A stretch of DNA of 64,000 bases from the NCBI GenBank assembly GCA_001244265.2, contig CDLV01000008.1:1860001-1924000 (forward strand), read 5' to 3'. Each line of letters starts with the position of its first letter. Within the stretch, counting starts at the first letter, position 1. The notes below the pieces were generated by a model that did not search any database, was not told where the DNA came from, and saw nothing but the letters and a program-made list of their open reading frames with translations. Of the stretch, positions 13,551 to 28,108 are shown piece after piece. The translations under genes were made by a program, and so were the position numbers. The DNA is from Microbotryum violaceum. Its lineage: Eukaryota.

Positions 13551-14007
13551 GGCAGAGGCACAGGGGAGGAACGGGTCACGACTCGTGACGTGTGTGATAA
13601 CACGTTGAAAGCGAGAAGGAGATGCAGGTTGCAATGCAGTGGCACGAGTATAGGTCGAGGACATCCTCAAGTCACCCCATAACGACCCCCTCTCCCTCCC
13701 CTCAGGCAGCGTGGCTTGCTCTGCATCACGTGCAACTTCGACAGACAGGAAAGGGGTCCGTTCGATGATCAAATTCCAGCCCAATGGCTCCTGATATCCT
13801 GATCAGGAGCAAAAAACAAGCTTCTGCGGGGGTAGACTCATAACACATTATATCGTGCCAAATGCTCTTCATATGAGCGCAAAACTCTTGGCAATACCGA
13901 TCGTCAAACACTTAGAGCGTGAAGTGGGGCGTAATAAATTCGTAAGCGAGTGTGAGAAAGAAGTGGTGCGACGGACGTTGCACATATAATAAGCATGTGA
14001 GACGGTC

Positions 14008-17000
14008 TCAGCGAGACCTTTCTTCAGGGCCTTCAGGCCACGCAGGTCGATAAACACTCGGATCACTCGACGTTCGTTCATGCTTCCACGAACTTCGGCG
14101 CCATGAGAACTGCGTCAAACTGGGTCGGCTTCCATCAGGGGTAGGAGCGGCGTCCGATGAAGTAGCACCTTCGTCGTTGATTGAAGTGAAGAGGGATCTG
14201 ATGGGTCCAAGCGACCAGACGCGACGACGAGCTTGCAGGCGTTCCGAGAGGACCGCCGGCTCAACGAACCGCGCGACGATGGGGGCATCGGGAAGTTCTT
14301 CGACTGCGTCTGGACCGCTCATAACGCGTCGAAGTCGTCCAAGATCGTCGTCTGAGCTCTGATTGGCTTCTTCGGATGATCGAGCGCGAATCGTCGATGC
14401 GGCGACGGTCCATTCATCCGTATCGATGGTGAGCGAGGATTGACTACCCACGTTTGGTGCGGAGCGATTGCGACGCAGAGTCGCCATTGACGCCACCGAG
14501 TGGATCGTCTGCGAGTCCAAGTTGGCATCATTCACTTCAAGGAGGGAACCGACCGAAGCACGCGCAAGTGACGATACCGGAAGAGGTGAGTGGGCCCGAG
14601 GCGTCGCGTCTAATACGTCCGCTGACGGGTCATCAGCCTCGACTTGGACAGACTCCTCCACTTCGACGGAAGGCGGCAAAGGAAATTTGCTGACCGCCGA
14701 CCAGGCCGAAAGACCACTTCCACGAGATGGATCAACCGAAAGTATGCAATTTGAGCTCGCGGTTGACGTTGCGATCGAAGCTGCATCATCGTGTATGGAG
14801 TCTTGAAAGCGAGGAGAAAGTAGTTGGTCCGGTGCAAACGTAGCCCGAGGTGACGACACGGCCGAAGGGGACACGTCCAAGGGGAAAGGCGACGTCATGG
14901 CGAGCTCTTCTTCGTCTTCGCCCATGTCGAGATTCGAAGGCGACGGCTCGCGAGAAAGCGCCAAAGCGACTTGAATGAACATCGAGGAGGTGCTCGTGCC
15001 CGAGTCAGGGTGCAAATCGCCCATCATCGTTGCGCGCGGCGAAGAGATCGGCGAGAACGAGGGTAGGACGGATTCGTCATTGGGCACTTGCGACATCCGT
15101 GGAGCTCGGCGAGAAGGGAGGATCGTAGAGCTGTCGCCGCTCGAGTCGAAAAACAGGAACGAAGCATCGGTGCGGTCCAGGTATGCGGCGCTAGGTGATG
15201 CGCTCAGGTCGAGGAAGGACGGCGGCGGAGGTGACGAGCGCGAAGACGGCGTCGCTGGACGCACAAACCCAGATGCCATGTCTTGGACACGTATGATTGT
15301 GGGAGCAGCCTCAAGGAATGATGAGATCGGCGATCGACGTGGTTGGTCGGCCGACGGAGGACGAGACGAGGTGGAACCATGCTCCAGGGGTGCAGTCCTA
15401 AACGGTGATTCCTCCCGCACCGAAGCCGGACTACCAGACCCTTCTTCGGCCGTTGCAAACGAGTCGCTCGTCTCTGATTCGTACGTGCGAGATGAGGCCA
15501 TGTGCTTGAGAGGTGGCGCGCTCAACCGAGTCGAGACGGCGGAAGGTACTGCAGGTATGCCGCAGCCCTGTGCGCCGCTCGATCCATCGAGCACCGGCGA
15601 GATCTGAGCATCGAGATCGGGAAAGAATGAGGTCGTCACTGTCAGAGGGAACTGATCCTCGCTGAACCCGTTCGAAATGCGCCGTGTCGGCGGTGGTCGG
15701 AAAAACTGTCGAAGTATCGGGTGAGTGTTGAGCAAGCCGATTCCGTCAAAATTCAGAGTAGCATGACCACTCACAAGATCTTCGAAATTGTGCCCTTCTT
15801 CATCCAGGTCCAGCGAGCCCTCTACCGTGCTCGGTGGTCTGGAATGGCTGCTATTCCTCGAACCCGATGCCGCGTGCCCGATCGACATCTGCGAATGAGG
15901 GCTCGAAGAAGCCGTCATCGGCGCCCTCTCAATCGGTGGCGACTGCGGCAAAGCGAACGTGGACGAGTCGCGCAGATGGCCAAAGTAGTCCGAGATCGGA
16001 GAGGGGAGGACGTCATCCAGCGTCGGGGGATCGGAGTCGACGGAATAGAATGAATCGGTCGCTGTCGAGTAAGCTCGTCTGGTGACGCCGAAGGTGTCGT
16101 CCCCAGAGTTGGGAGGAGAAAGGTCGGAACCTTTGACTCGACGCAGTGAAGCCAACGAGGGTCGACCCAACGGCGAATCGGTCGTGTCGGACGCAGGTAG
16201 ATTGTTTCCAGTGTTGAGGTCCAAATGTGGCGCATCAGAAGTCGCTCTGCTGCGCGACGATGGTAATCGTACCCCTGAGCGCGGGGAGACTTCAGCGCTG
16301 GCCGCCGAGGTCGATACAGACCGCTCGTTCATCGACTGACCATTGTGGGAGTACGTAATGGTAGACGCAAATTCGGTTTGGAGCCTTGAAAGCTGATTTT
16401 CGCGCTTCTTCCTGTCGTGAGGCGAGAACGGAGTCACCCCTGACGGGATCGGTGGTGGCGGGCGAGTAGGGCGGAGCGGTCCAGCATCCTCAATCGGACT
16501 CTTCGCGGGTGGCTCAACCGGTCTCGATGGTACCAACTTATTTTTGTGGTTTGGCGAGTTCAAGCGACAGAGGCCGCGTACATTGGGCGAGAGAATGGCA
16601 AGCTTGTCGAAGGGCTGTTCCGTACGGGAGGCGTCTCGCTTCGGATGGTTTCGTTGGTCTTCCGCGAAAGCCACCGCAGACGATCCGAAGCTACCTTGAG
16701 CTCGAGCCTTTTGCCCAAGGCTCTCAACCCGTGGCGGTGGGATGACCGGACCTTGGGCAGCTTGGGAAATGCTCGAAGAGTCCCGCCCTTGAGAATGCTT
16801 GCGCTGCCCGTAGAGCGCCAGTCCCCGAAGGGCAGGCGCCGAGTCGCTAGATCGAAGCGTGCGCCTCACGCCTCCATCCGACCCCGAACCACTGCCGTGA
16901 CGGTGATGACGACGTTGTCTTCGACGGCCGGCACCGTTCCACTTGGCTCCGATCGCACTGGCCGAGGCGTCGCTCCATTCGTCCCGTTCTTTTTTAAACT

Positions 17001-18976
17001 CTTCCTGCTCGTGCAACACTCGTCGAACGCTGCCGCAGTCTATCGAAGCTGAGGAACGCAGAGTCTCGACGGTTCCGACGTCGAGGTCGAGTTCGAAAGC
17101 ATGAAGACGAGGGTGCGGGTGAGTGAACGCTTCGGTGGACGAGCTGGGTGTGTGCGTGAGATGTGGGCCAACAGGAAACGTCATCTCGATCTGAGCGACA
17201 GGTATCGATGCATGCCGAGTTCGGCCTGAGCGAGATACGTGCAGAGGGGCGATGTTTTGGTCCTCAACGTCCGAAGTCGCGGCCGAGGTCGGTTCCGTTC
17301 TAACTCTACTGTAGGTTCGACGAGCCGAAGACCCGTGCGTGCGGCCACTTGTTTCGTTCGAAGCGCACCTTATAATTTTCTTGCTGTTTTTGAAACTCCG
17401 AGTAAAGGATCGGACCGGCGGAGGAAGCGGCGTGTGTGAGGAGCTGGGCTCCGGCTCGGCGCTGGGGAGTGACGGCCGACGAAGAGATGGGCCGACAGCG
17501 TTTCCCGAGGCTGCGTAACAGCTCGAAAGATCAATTGACGATCGGATGGATCGAATTTTGCTGCTGCGTCGCTCGGGGGAATGAGTGTCGGCGATTAGGG
17601 GCGTCAACCCTCTGCCAAAATAAGGTGGAGTTCGAAACGAAAAAAGTCAGGACCGCCTATAGTCATGTGTCGCAGAATGCGACAATGCTCACAAGCTTGC
17701 AACATAGGACGTCTGAGTGTCCCTGTTTCCACTGAGGCCGTTGGATCGTGTCATAGGTGCTGAAGATGGTTTGGCTCCATTCTTGCGCAAGGGGAAAGAA
17801 AACCTTGGGTCCAGAAGCGCGGGTCCGGGGCCGGCCGATCCTCGCTTCTTTGTCGAGACCGACGCAACGTCTTCTGGAGGTGAGGATAAGGACGCAGAAA
17901 GAGGTATGACGGTCTTTGGATACCATCCGACCTCTGAAGCGGTTCTACCTCGTGATTGTGACTCCTCTTGAGACTGCTTCATGACGGGACTGTAAGCGTA
18001 GGCGGATGTCGCCGGTGTCGAGAGTCCATCATCGTGAGAAGAAGAGGACGACGAAGCTGTTCGGACGAGCGAAGTCGACTGTGTGAAATCTGTCGTGGTG
18101 TGCCCAGACGAGTACCTGCCGCAATCCTCGGTGCTCCGATTGGATTGGTTTCGCGTTTCCCGAGCCGGGGAGGAGGGCAAGGGCTTGTCGTGTCCAGGTT
18201 CCGGCGGCACAATGACCCGGGTATGTAGGTTGTTCGATCCATTCCCTTGAGTCGAATGGTCGCACGGAAAAGGTACAGTAACATCTGTTATTCAAGTTGG
18301 TCATCGGAAATAGACATGCAGTCACATGATGTCAGCTCCTTTCGCAACCTTCCCGGTCTGTGACTGTTGACTGACCTGGCATCCCACCCGAGCCACCGTC
18401 TGGTGGCAACCTCACAAGTCGAGCATCGCTACCATCCGTACCGCCCGTCCCAGTCCTCTGTCTCGAGTTGCTCGTGTCGGGATTGAGCACCTTGTCCAGG
18501 TCGACGACGAGGTCTCCTTTCACCGACGTGGTGAGCGCCGGGTTCGTCGCACTAGGGGACGATGACAGGTCCACGTCCACGTCGGTCCCCCTTCTTGACA
18601 TGTCCACGGCGTCGGAGAGCGCGATCACACCCGAGCACCAAGCCGCGATGGAAGCTGTCGAAGGTGAGAAGGAGGTGGACGAGAAAGACTGAGAGGAAGC
18701 GTCCTGATGACGACGACGCCCATCGTTGGCGATCGGCCTTGGGCGCGGCTCGGGACGTACGAGCGCCAGGGGCTCGAGCGTCGGCATTACAGTCGAAAGC
18801 ACAGGCCCAGGTAAGAAGTGCCGCTGCTGCTGCCGCCGGGACACCGCTCGACTCGACTCGGGCGTGGCCAAGATTGTCAACGACGAAGAAGATGACGATA
18901 CCGAGGGTGAAGGTATAACTTTGAGTGGACTCGGATCGGCCAGGGCAGGAAGAGGTAGTCGGCCGGAGGCGAACAT
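14008..18976 (-). CDS. Large Ser/Pro-rich low-complexity hypothetical protein (multi-exon)
   Basis: Successive minus-strand ORFs 18332-18976, 17689-18210 and 14008-17607 (1199 aa) with similar composition. No recognisable domain. Confidence 0.65.
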
Positions 18977-20299
18977 GTCTTGTGTAGGTAAATGCCCGGT
19001 CTAGAGTCGAGCGAATGCGCTCGGCCGAGGAGAAGGTGGCCGAAATTCGTCCACCCTCTGCCGGATGAGCTCCTCTGTTTCAGTTGGCGTCACCGACGAC
19101 CGTTGTCGAGGAGGCTTCGGCTTGAAAGCGGACGAAAAAAACACCAAGGGCCCTTATTCAGTATCGCCCTGTTCGGTCTGTAAAACGTTGATCATGTCCA
19201 CGAGAAAAATCACAGCATGGGGAACTCGGGCCTGTTCGTACCTTGAAGCGCTCGCTAGCTCGGATGAGGTGATGAGCGGGCGATCGGTCACGCTTCGGAA
19301 AACCGCCCTGGCTCAGCGACTCGTCGCTCGTTCAAAGCGAGTCGAGTCCGAGGCCCTTCGGTCTCCGCACCGTGACACTGCACTGCAGTCGACAGGATGA
19401 AGACAGCGGGACACAAATCACCCTTGCGAACTATCCTTTAGCGAAGGAATCGTGCGGAATTGAAGTTGTTGACCAACGTCCGAGTGCTGGAAGAGAAGAC
19501 CGGCGTCGACGAGCATGGAGGAAGTCGAATGGAAGAAGGCAAATTAAAGCTAGCTAAGATCTGAGAAATAGCCATTTTGAACCTCCCGTCAAAAAGCCAG
19601 GGTGAATGAAAACTGCGTTTTCAGACAATGTAATTAAGGTAATCCTCCCTTCAGAAATGACTCACAATGAAATGAGAAGCTTTTCCAGCCGTTGCGGGAT
19701 CACAGCTCTTGTCAATTTGTGATCGCCCGTCCGCCCACGCGTGCCACGCAGCACACCTTTGCCGGTGACGACGATTCGGCGAGGGCGCATGCATATGGCA
19801 CTCGGGCTAGTATGTATCTGGCTTTCCTTCTTCCACGTTCGAGAGCATTACCTAATCATGATCGACACTTTGGACGGGTAGAGGGTGACCTAAGTTCTTA
19901 CCATGAGTTAGTCATAGGAAACAGCAATCTGCTTACCAAACGCTAGCGAATGTCTTTTCCTCGATACCCCTGTACCTAATTCGACGCTATTAGGTCATCA
20001 TCAGCATGAGCACTTTACCTCGACGACGGGGCGCGACGCGCTGGGGTGTGATTGATATATGGCCGTTCGAAACTCAAAAGGCGATGAGCATCAGACAGTT
20101 AAATGACTCTAATTCAACAAGCACTGGGGAAAGCGGGAATCTAAGTCTACAAAAGAGGGGCTTCCACGAACGAATATACAAAAAGGATGGCACAGAAACG
20201 GGGCCGCAGGTGGGGAAGTCGATCGAGGAGCAAAGTGGGGCCACGAGCGAATCGGGTCCCTCGGAGTCGATCGGGTGTCTAATGCCGATCGAGGTCGGA

Positions 20300-23200
20300 T
20301 CAGTCCAAGTATTGGGTAAGCTGCATGGAAATGGGTGAAATGGAAACGATCAGCTCGATAGCCAAACAGAAAGATAAAACGTAGGAGAGATTGTTTGATG
20401 CACGTACATCAAGTGTGAGGTTCTTGGATCCACCTCCTTGTCGGTACACACCCACGAGCGCTGCGGCTTGTTCGAAGAACTGCGATGATGACGCACGGCC
20501 AGCCATGTGTCGATCAGTGACAACCCTAAAAGTCTATGTTTTTGGCAAGGAATATCGTTCGTTGACTTACCGCAGGCTTCAAGCTGATGACGATGAACTG
20601 GAAGTCGGGCGAAGCGATGCTTTGCACGTAGCGAGCGACCCGTTGAACGTTGGTGTTGTCCAAAGCAGCGTCGACCTCGTCCAGAACGAAGAATGGCGAT
20701 GGGTGGAAGCTGAAGCCAAAGAAGAGAAGTAGCGGATCAGCGTCAAAATCTTTGAATTGTGAATGATACATTGAGTATCACTCACGAGTGAATAGCAAAC
20801 AAGAGCGCCAGAGCAGCCATCGTCTTTTCGCCCCCCGAGAGCTGGTCCATGTCTCGGAACCGCTTCATCGGCGGCATCGCATGGTACTTGATACCATGCA
20901 GATATGGCTCCTGTGCAGTCAAAACATTAATCTTTAATCAGCGCCTACGCAAGAACACGATGTGGACATCTGCTCGCGACGCACCTCGGAATCCTCGAGC
21001 GAGAGATAAGCGACACCCCCCATAGGTGCCGCTCGTCCCTTGGTCAAGTCCTTGTACACCTTATCGATCGAGCCCGAGATGTGCTCGTACGCCGCGTTGA
21101 ACAACTTGCACCTCTTCTTCTTCAGGTCCGAGAACGCCTCTTTGGCCTTCCTCGCTTCCTCGCGAGCTTGGTCGAACTCTGCGTCGATCTGACGGAAGCG
21201 CGCTTCGGAATCACCAAGCTTCTCGATCGCTTTGAGGTTGGGTGACATCTTGTCCATCTCCGTTTCGAGGTCGACGATCGCTTGAGAGAGCGCTTCGCCC
21301 ATCTCGTTCGAGCCGTCTTCTCTTTCGTCATCTTCGAGTTCGTCGTAGTCGGGTACGATTCCGTAGTCGTTCGTCGTGACGACGGCTTGTGTCTCGTCCT
21401 CATCACCTTCGATATCCATCGGTGCGGCGGGAGGAATAGCCTACACCATGCACAAGGGATCGTCAGCAGATACAATCGACTGATGAGACGTAAGGATGCT
21501 GACCTCGTCGATAGGAACGGCGTTGAGCTTGCCCTTGACCAAAGGCAAGTCGATCTCCTCGAGTTTGCACTTGCGGTAGATCGCAAACCGTTCCGACGAC
21601 AACCGTTCAATCTCGTCGTTCTATATGGGCACGACAAGGAAGTCAATCATCAGGTTCACGCTCAATTACGCAGAGAACGAGAGACGTCGTATCCTGAACT
21701 CACGCAGTTCGCAATCTCCTTGAGCGTCTTCTCGACAACTTTGTAGCTCTTATTCCCTTCCCTGCGCACCTCATCCAACCGCTCACTCTTCTCCCTCAAC
21801 ACCGCCTCCAGAACGCTCAACGTCTCCCTCAAACCTTCATTGCCTTCCTCCAGCGTTTTGAGCTCGTTCTCCAGCGCCTCCTTCTCCTCTTGCAAAGTCC
21901 CTAACAACGTTCTCGACTGAACAGCCATATTCCTCAAACTATCCAACCTCTTCCTCGTCGTTTCGACGCGTTCCTTCTCGAATTTGATCGCGTTGTTCAA
22001 CCGAGCGATCTGGGTCTTGAATTTGAGGTTCGCTTCGTTCGCGGCCTGCGCGACGCCGAGCTGTTGTTCTTCGTAATCGCGAATGGAGGAAACGCCAATA
22101 CGACGACAAAAAGCGCGAAAGATGCCTTCTTCGGCAGAAGCGATCGTCGCTTCCAAGTCTTCGGCTTTCGAAGTGAGCGAATCAATGTCCCGTTCGAGTT
22201 GGTTGACTTTACCGTTTAGATCTTTGAGCGTGGTTTTGATCACTTTTAACTCGGATGAGGTGTCCTTCAGTCGGGCGTTGATGGAGGAGGTGTCGTCGCG
22301 TAGGTTCGCGAGTTCGGAAGTGTAGATTTGGGTTTGTGAAACTAGCTCTTCCTCGACGTTGGCGCGGGGCTTGTTCTTGAGGATCTCGCTGAGCTTGCCG
22401 CGCAGTTCTGCTTCCTTGCGGCGGAGTGCTGTAAGAAGATTAGGAGGGAATGCAGGGTCAGAAGGGGAGAAAAGATCTGGAGCGGAGGTGTTCAATAGGC
22501 ACGCTCACCTTCAATCTCGCGATCCTCAAAGTGTCGGCCATTGCTGTTACTCGAAGCACCACCCGTGATCAAACCGCTTCGATGAATCACCGTACCATCA
22601 AGTGAGACGGTCTTGACCTCTTGCCCCATCTCATAAACGACATGCTTCGCCACATTAATCGTATCACACACCAACGCGTTCCCACACGCAAATTGCATCG
22701 CCCTTTCGACGCTCGTATCGAAAGTGATGACATCGATCGCGAGGCGGGCACCACGAGCAAAGTTGCGATACTTGTCGTTCGCGGGTTTGGCGGTGATGGT
22801 TTCGAGGGGGATGAATGTCGCTTGACCCGCGCGTTGAACGCGCATGTACTGCATTGAGATTTTATATATATTCGATATCAGCTCCTTTTCAAGTCCAGTC
22901 CACTCCACCGCCACGAAAGGAAGAGCCCACCTCAATGCACTGGATCGCCGTCCTCTCATTGTCCACAACGATGGAATCAATGTTCCTGCCCAAGATGGTC
23001 GTCACCGCCAACGAATACTTGTTCTGCGTTGGCTTGCACAGATCAATCACCCTGCCCTTGATCCCTGGGAAAGTCCTCTTGAGTGCCGAGAGGGTTTCCT
23101 TGAACTTGGCGTCGCGTTCGGATTCTTGCTTCTCCGCGCCGGCTTGTTGCAGCTTGTTGAGCGCGTCGAGCAACTTCTCGTTCAGCTCGGTCTCGGTTTG

Positions 23201-25297
23201 CCTATGACCCAACACACACACCATGTAGTCAGTAAGGAGCCTTTCCTCGCCTTGCAGCTAGCATTCGCTTACATCGTCTGCCTCTTGCGAGCTCTCAGCT
23301 CCTCGAGGTCGTTGTTGGCTCGGTTCAAGTTCGCCTGCGCCTCCTTGACCTTGGCATCAATCTGCTCCGGCATAGGTGCAAATCAGCATCAATCCCGCGG
23401 AAGCCCGTCGTATCAAGCTCAGCTCACCGCCGCCTTCTTCGCATTCAACCCCTCCTGCTCCGTCTCCAACTTGTCCCTCTTCCTCTGCGCCACTTCCACA
23501 CTGTCCCTCTGAACAACCAAATTCGCATTCTTGCCTTTCAAATCCCTCTGCACACCCACCAAAGCCTCTCTCTCCGCCAAGGCCAAAACTGCCGCTTGGT
23601 TCTTGAGCCGATGATAATCGTCAATATCGGCTTGAGACAAATCGATCCCTCGAGCTCGAGCTTGTTGAGCTTGTTGTTCAGCCGCTCGATCAGCGGCACT
23701 CTGTACGAGTTGAAGATCATTCTCCAAACTTGCTAGCTTAGCCTCCCCCGCCGTCAGATCAACTTGCACTTTTTCAGCGTTCGTTTCAGCCGCAATCAAT
23801 TTCTTTTGCGCATGATCGATCCTCGCATCAATAGCCACCAATTCGGGACGACGTTCTTCCAATTCTTTTGTAGCACGAATGACTTGTTTTTCCTGTTTGG
23901 AAAAATCTTTTTGCGCTTTCGAGTATTCCTTCTTGGCTAGTTTTTGTTGCTCTTCGAATTCGGCGTGTTCGGCTCGTAAAGTTGAAAGAAGTGCGTTCCT
24001 CTCGTCGATTTCTGAGGTGTTGGTTTTGATACCTTCGGCGATATGGAATAACTTCCAAAGCAAGTGATGAACGACTGCGTCATCCTGGGAGAGTGGGGGC
24101 AAAAGCCAAGCATTGACAGTCAGTTTACGATCTAAACCTTCAAGCCTCGACCCAAAAAATCGCACCTTTTTCTGCATCAACGATTTCCACCTCTCGGCTT
24201 CCTTCTTCATCTCTTTGTATTGCTTAATCTCTCCGTTCACACCCTTCCTCCTAGCGTGTTGTGCGACGGAGGTTTCGGTCGCTCGTTGGAGATCCTTCGA
24301 CGCGATTTCGTAAGCTTCTTTGTAATCACCCGAACCGGAAATTCGATCGATCAAGAGGGCTAGATCTTTAGGTGATTGGGAGGCGACTTGTTCGACGTCA
24401 CCCTATTGTTGACCATAATGCTGCAACTTCAGTACCGCTAAGATCTGCGTGAATAACACAAGCTGGTACTGACTTGAAACACGAGAAAGTTCTTGGCTTT
24501 GACGAGAATGTTGAAACCTTCGAGCGTGTCGTTGTATTGATCGTACTTTACTTTCTTGCCGTTGAGGTGGTATTCCGAGATGCCGGACCGAGCGATACTG
24601 GCGGGGCGGGGGGAACGCGTCGAGCGTGGGGGGCGGGGGCGCGCGGGAATGTCAAAAAAGTGAAACATGTCGCAAGAGGTCAGTCCCTGCGCGTAGATCT
24701 GCATACAGCGTACTGGATTACTACTCACGTTCTCTTGAACTTCCATTCCTTGCCCTTGGTATCGATATATACAGCTTGAACCCACGCCTTTCTCTCACCA
24801 TCAACCCGTCCTTCATCATCCTCCCCAGCCCCACCTTCCTCTTCTTCCCCTTCCCGATCTTCATTCTCATCTTCAACTTCTCCACGTTCTTTCCCTTTGC
24901 TTGAACCACCCGAGCGATAGATGAGGTCCTTTAGTGCAGAGGATCGGAGGGAAGAGGATCGTACACCGAGGACGAAAGAGATCGCGTCCATTAGATTAGA
25001 TTTACCCGCTCCATTAGGTCCTATGACGGCTGTGAACGAATGGAAAGGACCTCTATAGACGAAGATAACAGTTGGAAAGATCCAGATCAGTTTCGTAGTC
25101 GCATGTAAGGCGTCTGGGCGTGTATACCGTACACGCCGCGCTACTCACAAAATCACTCGTCCTTTGTAGGATTTAAAGTTGTACAATACGAGTCGATTCA
25201 AAGGTGGGGATCGATCATCTTGGTGATGACCATTCGTGTGACCATTCGTGTGACCATTCGTTTGCTCACTCGCTTGAGTAGAGGGAGGAGGAGCCAT
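20300..25297 (-). CDS. SMC1: Cohesin subunit SMC1 (multi-exon)
   Basis: NFKSYKG; Walker [25 protein letters not shown]; hinge [44 protein letters not shown] signature; Walker [13 protein letters not shown]. Confidence 0.96.
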
Positions 25298-25734
25298 CCT
25301 TTTCAACGCTTTAACGCGTCGAGAGTGGGATGAAGGAGAGGTTTAGGGTCGGGAATTGGGGTCGCTGAGGGGGCGATTTGGTCTTTGGGTCGGGTAGAGT
25401 AAAGTCTGAGGAATGTGTGTGTGTGTGTGTCAAGAGCGAAAGGAAAGGAAACGCGTCGCGCGCTTGTTCCCGAAAAAGCAAGACGCGTCGGCGTCTCGAG
25501 CGGACGCGCCTGGCTCGAGTCTTACCATAGCTGAGGGTCGGAGGGCCAGCGATTTCCGAGTCAGGCGCAGTGAGGGTGCCCACCCAACTCAATCCTGCGC
25601 TTCAAGATCCGAGGCCTGGGGTTATACAAACACCATAATACAATCTAGCCAATTGAACAATCTCGACCCAAGACTCTCCCACCACTACTACAATTCAATC
25701 TCGCCAGCCCTCATGTGAAAACCCGGTCACATCT

Positions 25735-27336
25735 TCACCTCTCCGGCGGCTCCGGTACGCTCTCGTGCGTCTCCCCCTCGTGACCATCAACATCAAATAC
25801 CTCTTTGGCTTTCAACAACTCCCCCGCTGAATCGGTTGTGTAATGCGGTAGTTCATCGGCGCTTAAGGAGGTTAGGTGGGAGGGTTTGGATAATCCTGCG
25901 TTACGGTGGATCGAGAAGGGAGGGGGTATAATGAGTGGGGGGGGGGTTCGAGAGGAATTGGTGCATTTTTGGGGACTTACCGGTCCATACGAGTAAGGTC
26001 GTAAGACTTCCCCTTCGACCGAACAAAACGTCGGTTTCGAGTCGATCACCGATAAAAATCGTCTTCTCCGGGTCGTAATCAAGACTGCAGTGCGCGGATA
26101 CGAATCAAGGCACGTCAGGGAGTTTTTATTTTATCTCGACCTTGTTGTTGAGGTAGAATACGTGGTACTCACGTCCTTTGAACGACGTCCAGGAGCGGTT
26201 TGTAAGGTTTTCCGACTACCAAAGGTTTAAGATTCTTTCTCGCTCCATAAAGAACCGAAGCGATGGCACCCTGAGCGATCACAGAAGCAAATGTCTCAGC
26301 GTCGCCGCGATCCTTTCTGATAGGATCAGCTTACCTCTCCGGGCAAGATTCCACCACCTTTGGCCGTCATCGAATGATCGTCGTTTGTCAGAATCAATTG
26401 ACAACCGGGGTTGGAGCCGAGGTAGTTGAACGCTTTCGCCAGCTGTTTATCTGTACGGTTATCCATCCATCCACCGGTGCAACCGTAACTTTAATACGTG
26501 AGCTCTTTGAGCAGCGAATCGATTGGAGGAGACGACGTACAGTTGATTCTCATTTGAAAGGAATAAACGACCATGCCTATCTCGGGGTCCGGAGTGATGG
26601 ACGAAAAATCTTGATCGGCCAAGAGGACGTCATCCTCGGGGTCCTATGTCATTGAAAAGTGATAAAAGAGTTGTAAGCTTGCTTAGTACGCTCCAAAACA
26701 CAAAAAGCTCGGTCGTGAACTGACTGACCGTACCGCCGCTCCATTCCAGCCCTTCGCGCCTCAACTCGTGCTCCATACTCTCTTGCCCAATCAAATAAAT
26801 ACCCTCCTTACCCCCCTTCGCCTTGATCTCAGGCAAGACTACCTCCTTGACATAACTCGCCGTCGCACTCCCACAGGTAAAGATATCGTCCAGTTGAACG
26901 TCGATGAGTCCCAAGTGGTGAAATTTGCGATGGTAATCTTGGCGTGAACGGGTGGCGTTGTTGGTGACGAAGCAGCAGCGTTTTTGTAGGGAACGGAGGT
27001 AGTGCAGGGTTGGAATAATTTGCGGGGTTACTGCGTTAGGGTGGAGGATAGGAGGTTTAGTTGAGGGTGCTTAGGGTAGAGGCGGCTCGAGCAAGTGGGG
27101 GCCGGCACTGCTACTTACAGACGTCGCCGGCCGGTCCGCTCCAGATCACGCCGTCACAATCAAAGAGGAACTGGGGTCAGAGTACAAGGGCTGCTTCAAT
27201 GATAAGTCCATGTGTGGCATCAGCTGAAAACAGCCCAATGCGGTAGACTGACGGTGTCGTGACGCCGGACGAGCTCGGCCAAGTCGTGCGGTGTCGACAA
27301 CGCCTTGGGACCGGATGTGGTAGTCGTGAAAGTCAT
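25735..27336 (-). CDS. HAD-superfamily class IIA phosphatase (PHO13/4-nitrophenylphosphatase/pyridoxal phosphatase-like)
   Basis: Motifs FLFDCDGVIW, FVTNNATRSR, VVGKP and FIGDRLETDVLFG across spliced exons. Confidence 0.88.
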
Positions 27337-27860
27337 GGCTCGGGAAGGGGTTTGGAACGTAGAACGGACTCCTAGGAGACTACGGCGTAAGCCCGACGAT
27401 GCGGTGCAACGGAACAGTAGGGACTGAATGATGGAAGTGGGGTATAGAAATCAGGTGGTCGTCTGAGCTCGCACAGCCTGTACAACTGCTTCGTGGCCGC
27501 GACTACAGAAAACCCATCTTCTTTGTCGTCTTTCGTCGCCGTCATCTCGATCAGCAAAACAAGCCCCGACGACTCGATCTCTCGTTCCCGATTCTTATTC
27601 TAATTTTATTCACCCTCTACACTTTCTTCTACCACTGTTTTCGCCCAGCGCATCAGTACAAAATCTTAGAATTGGCCCGCCTCCGCAAGCCGGGCTGGGC
27701 TGCCTTGGCCAATCCCGATTTTCCTAGTCTATTTCCAATCCGTTCGGCAACTCTGCTCTCGGGCGTTTCCCATCCCCTTTACATGAGGGTTGTCTGCTCT
27801 TCTTGCCTGTGGAATTTTTGCTAGCCCTTCAAGTTTTCGGAGGTTCAAGTATCTGCCGGC

Positions 27861-27938
27861 GCTCGGCTTCGGGTACGAACCGGATCCGAGGCGTCCGCGA
27901 GCTCGGCTTCGGGTACCAACAGGATCCGAGGCGTCCGC
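27861..27938. repeat. Tandem 40-bp duplication in the divergent promoter region
   Basis: GCTCGGCTTCGGGTACGAACCGGATCCGAGGCGTCCGC followed by GCTCGGCTTCGGGTACCAACAGGATCCGAGGCGTCCGC. Confidence 0.9.
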
Positions 27939-28108
27939 AGCCAGCCGAGGCCGTCGCCAAACGCCCAAGTTCGCCGGACGATCTGCGCGTTTCGCAGAGC
28001 ACGCTCCCCTCTCCTCACCTCTCCTCTCTCTCTCTCCCCATCCCTTCCACCTCTCTTGTCCTCTTGCCCCGTCCATCATTCCTTCGCTTCAACCTCCTCG
28101 CCCAACCC

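Noticed and set aside
25226-25260. 12-bp x3 repeat at the start of SMC1
   Set aside because: Encodes a simple TNGH repeat in a disordered N-terminal extension; ordinary slippage.
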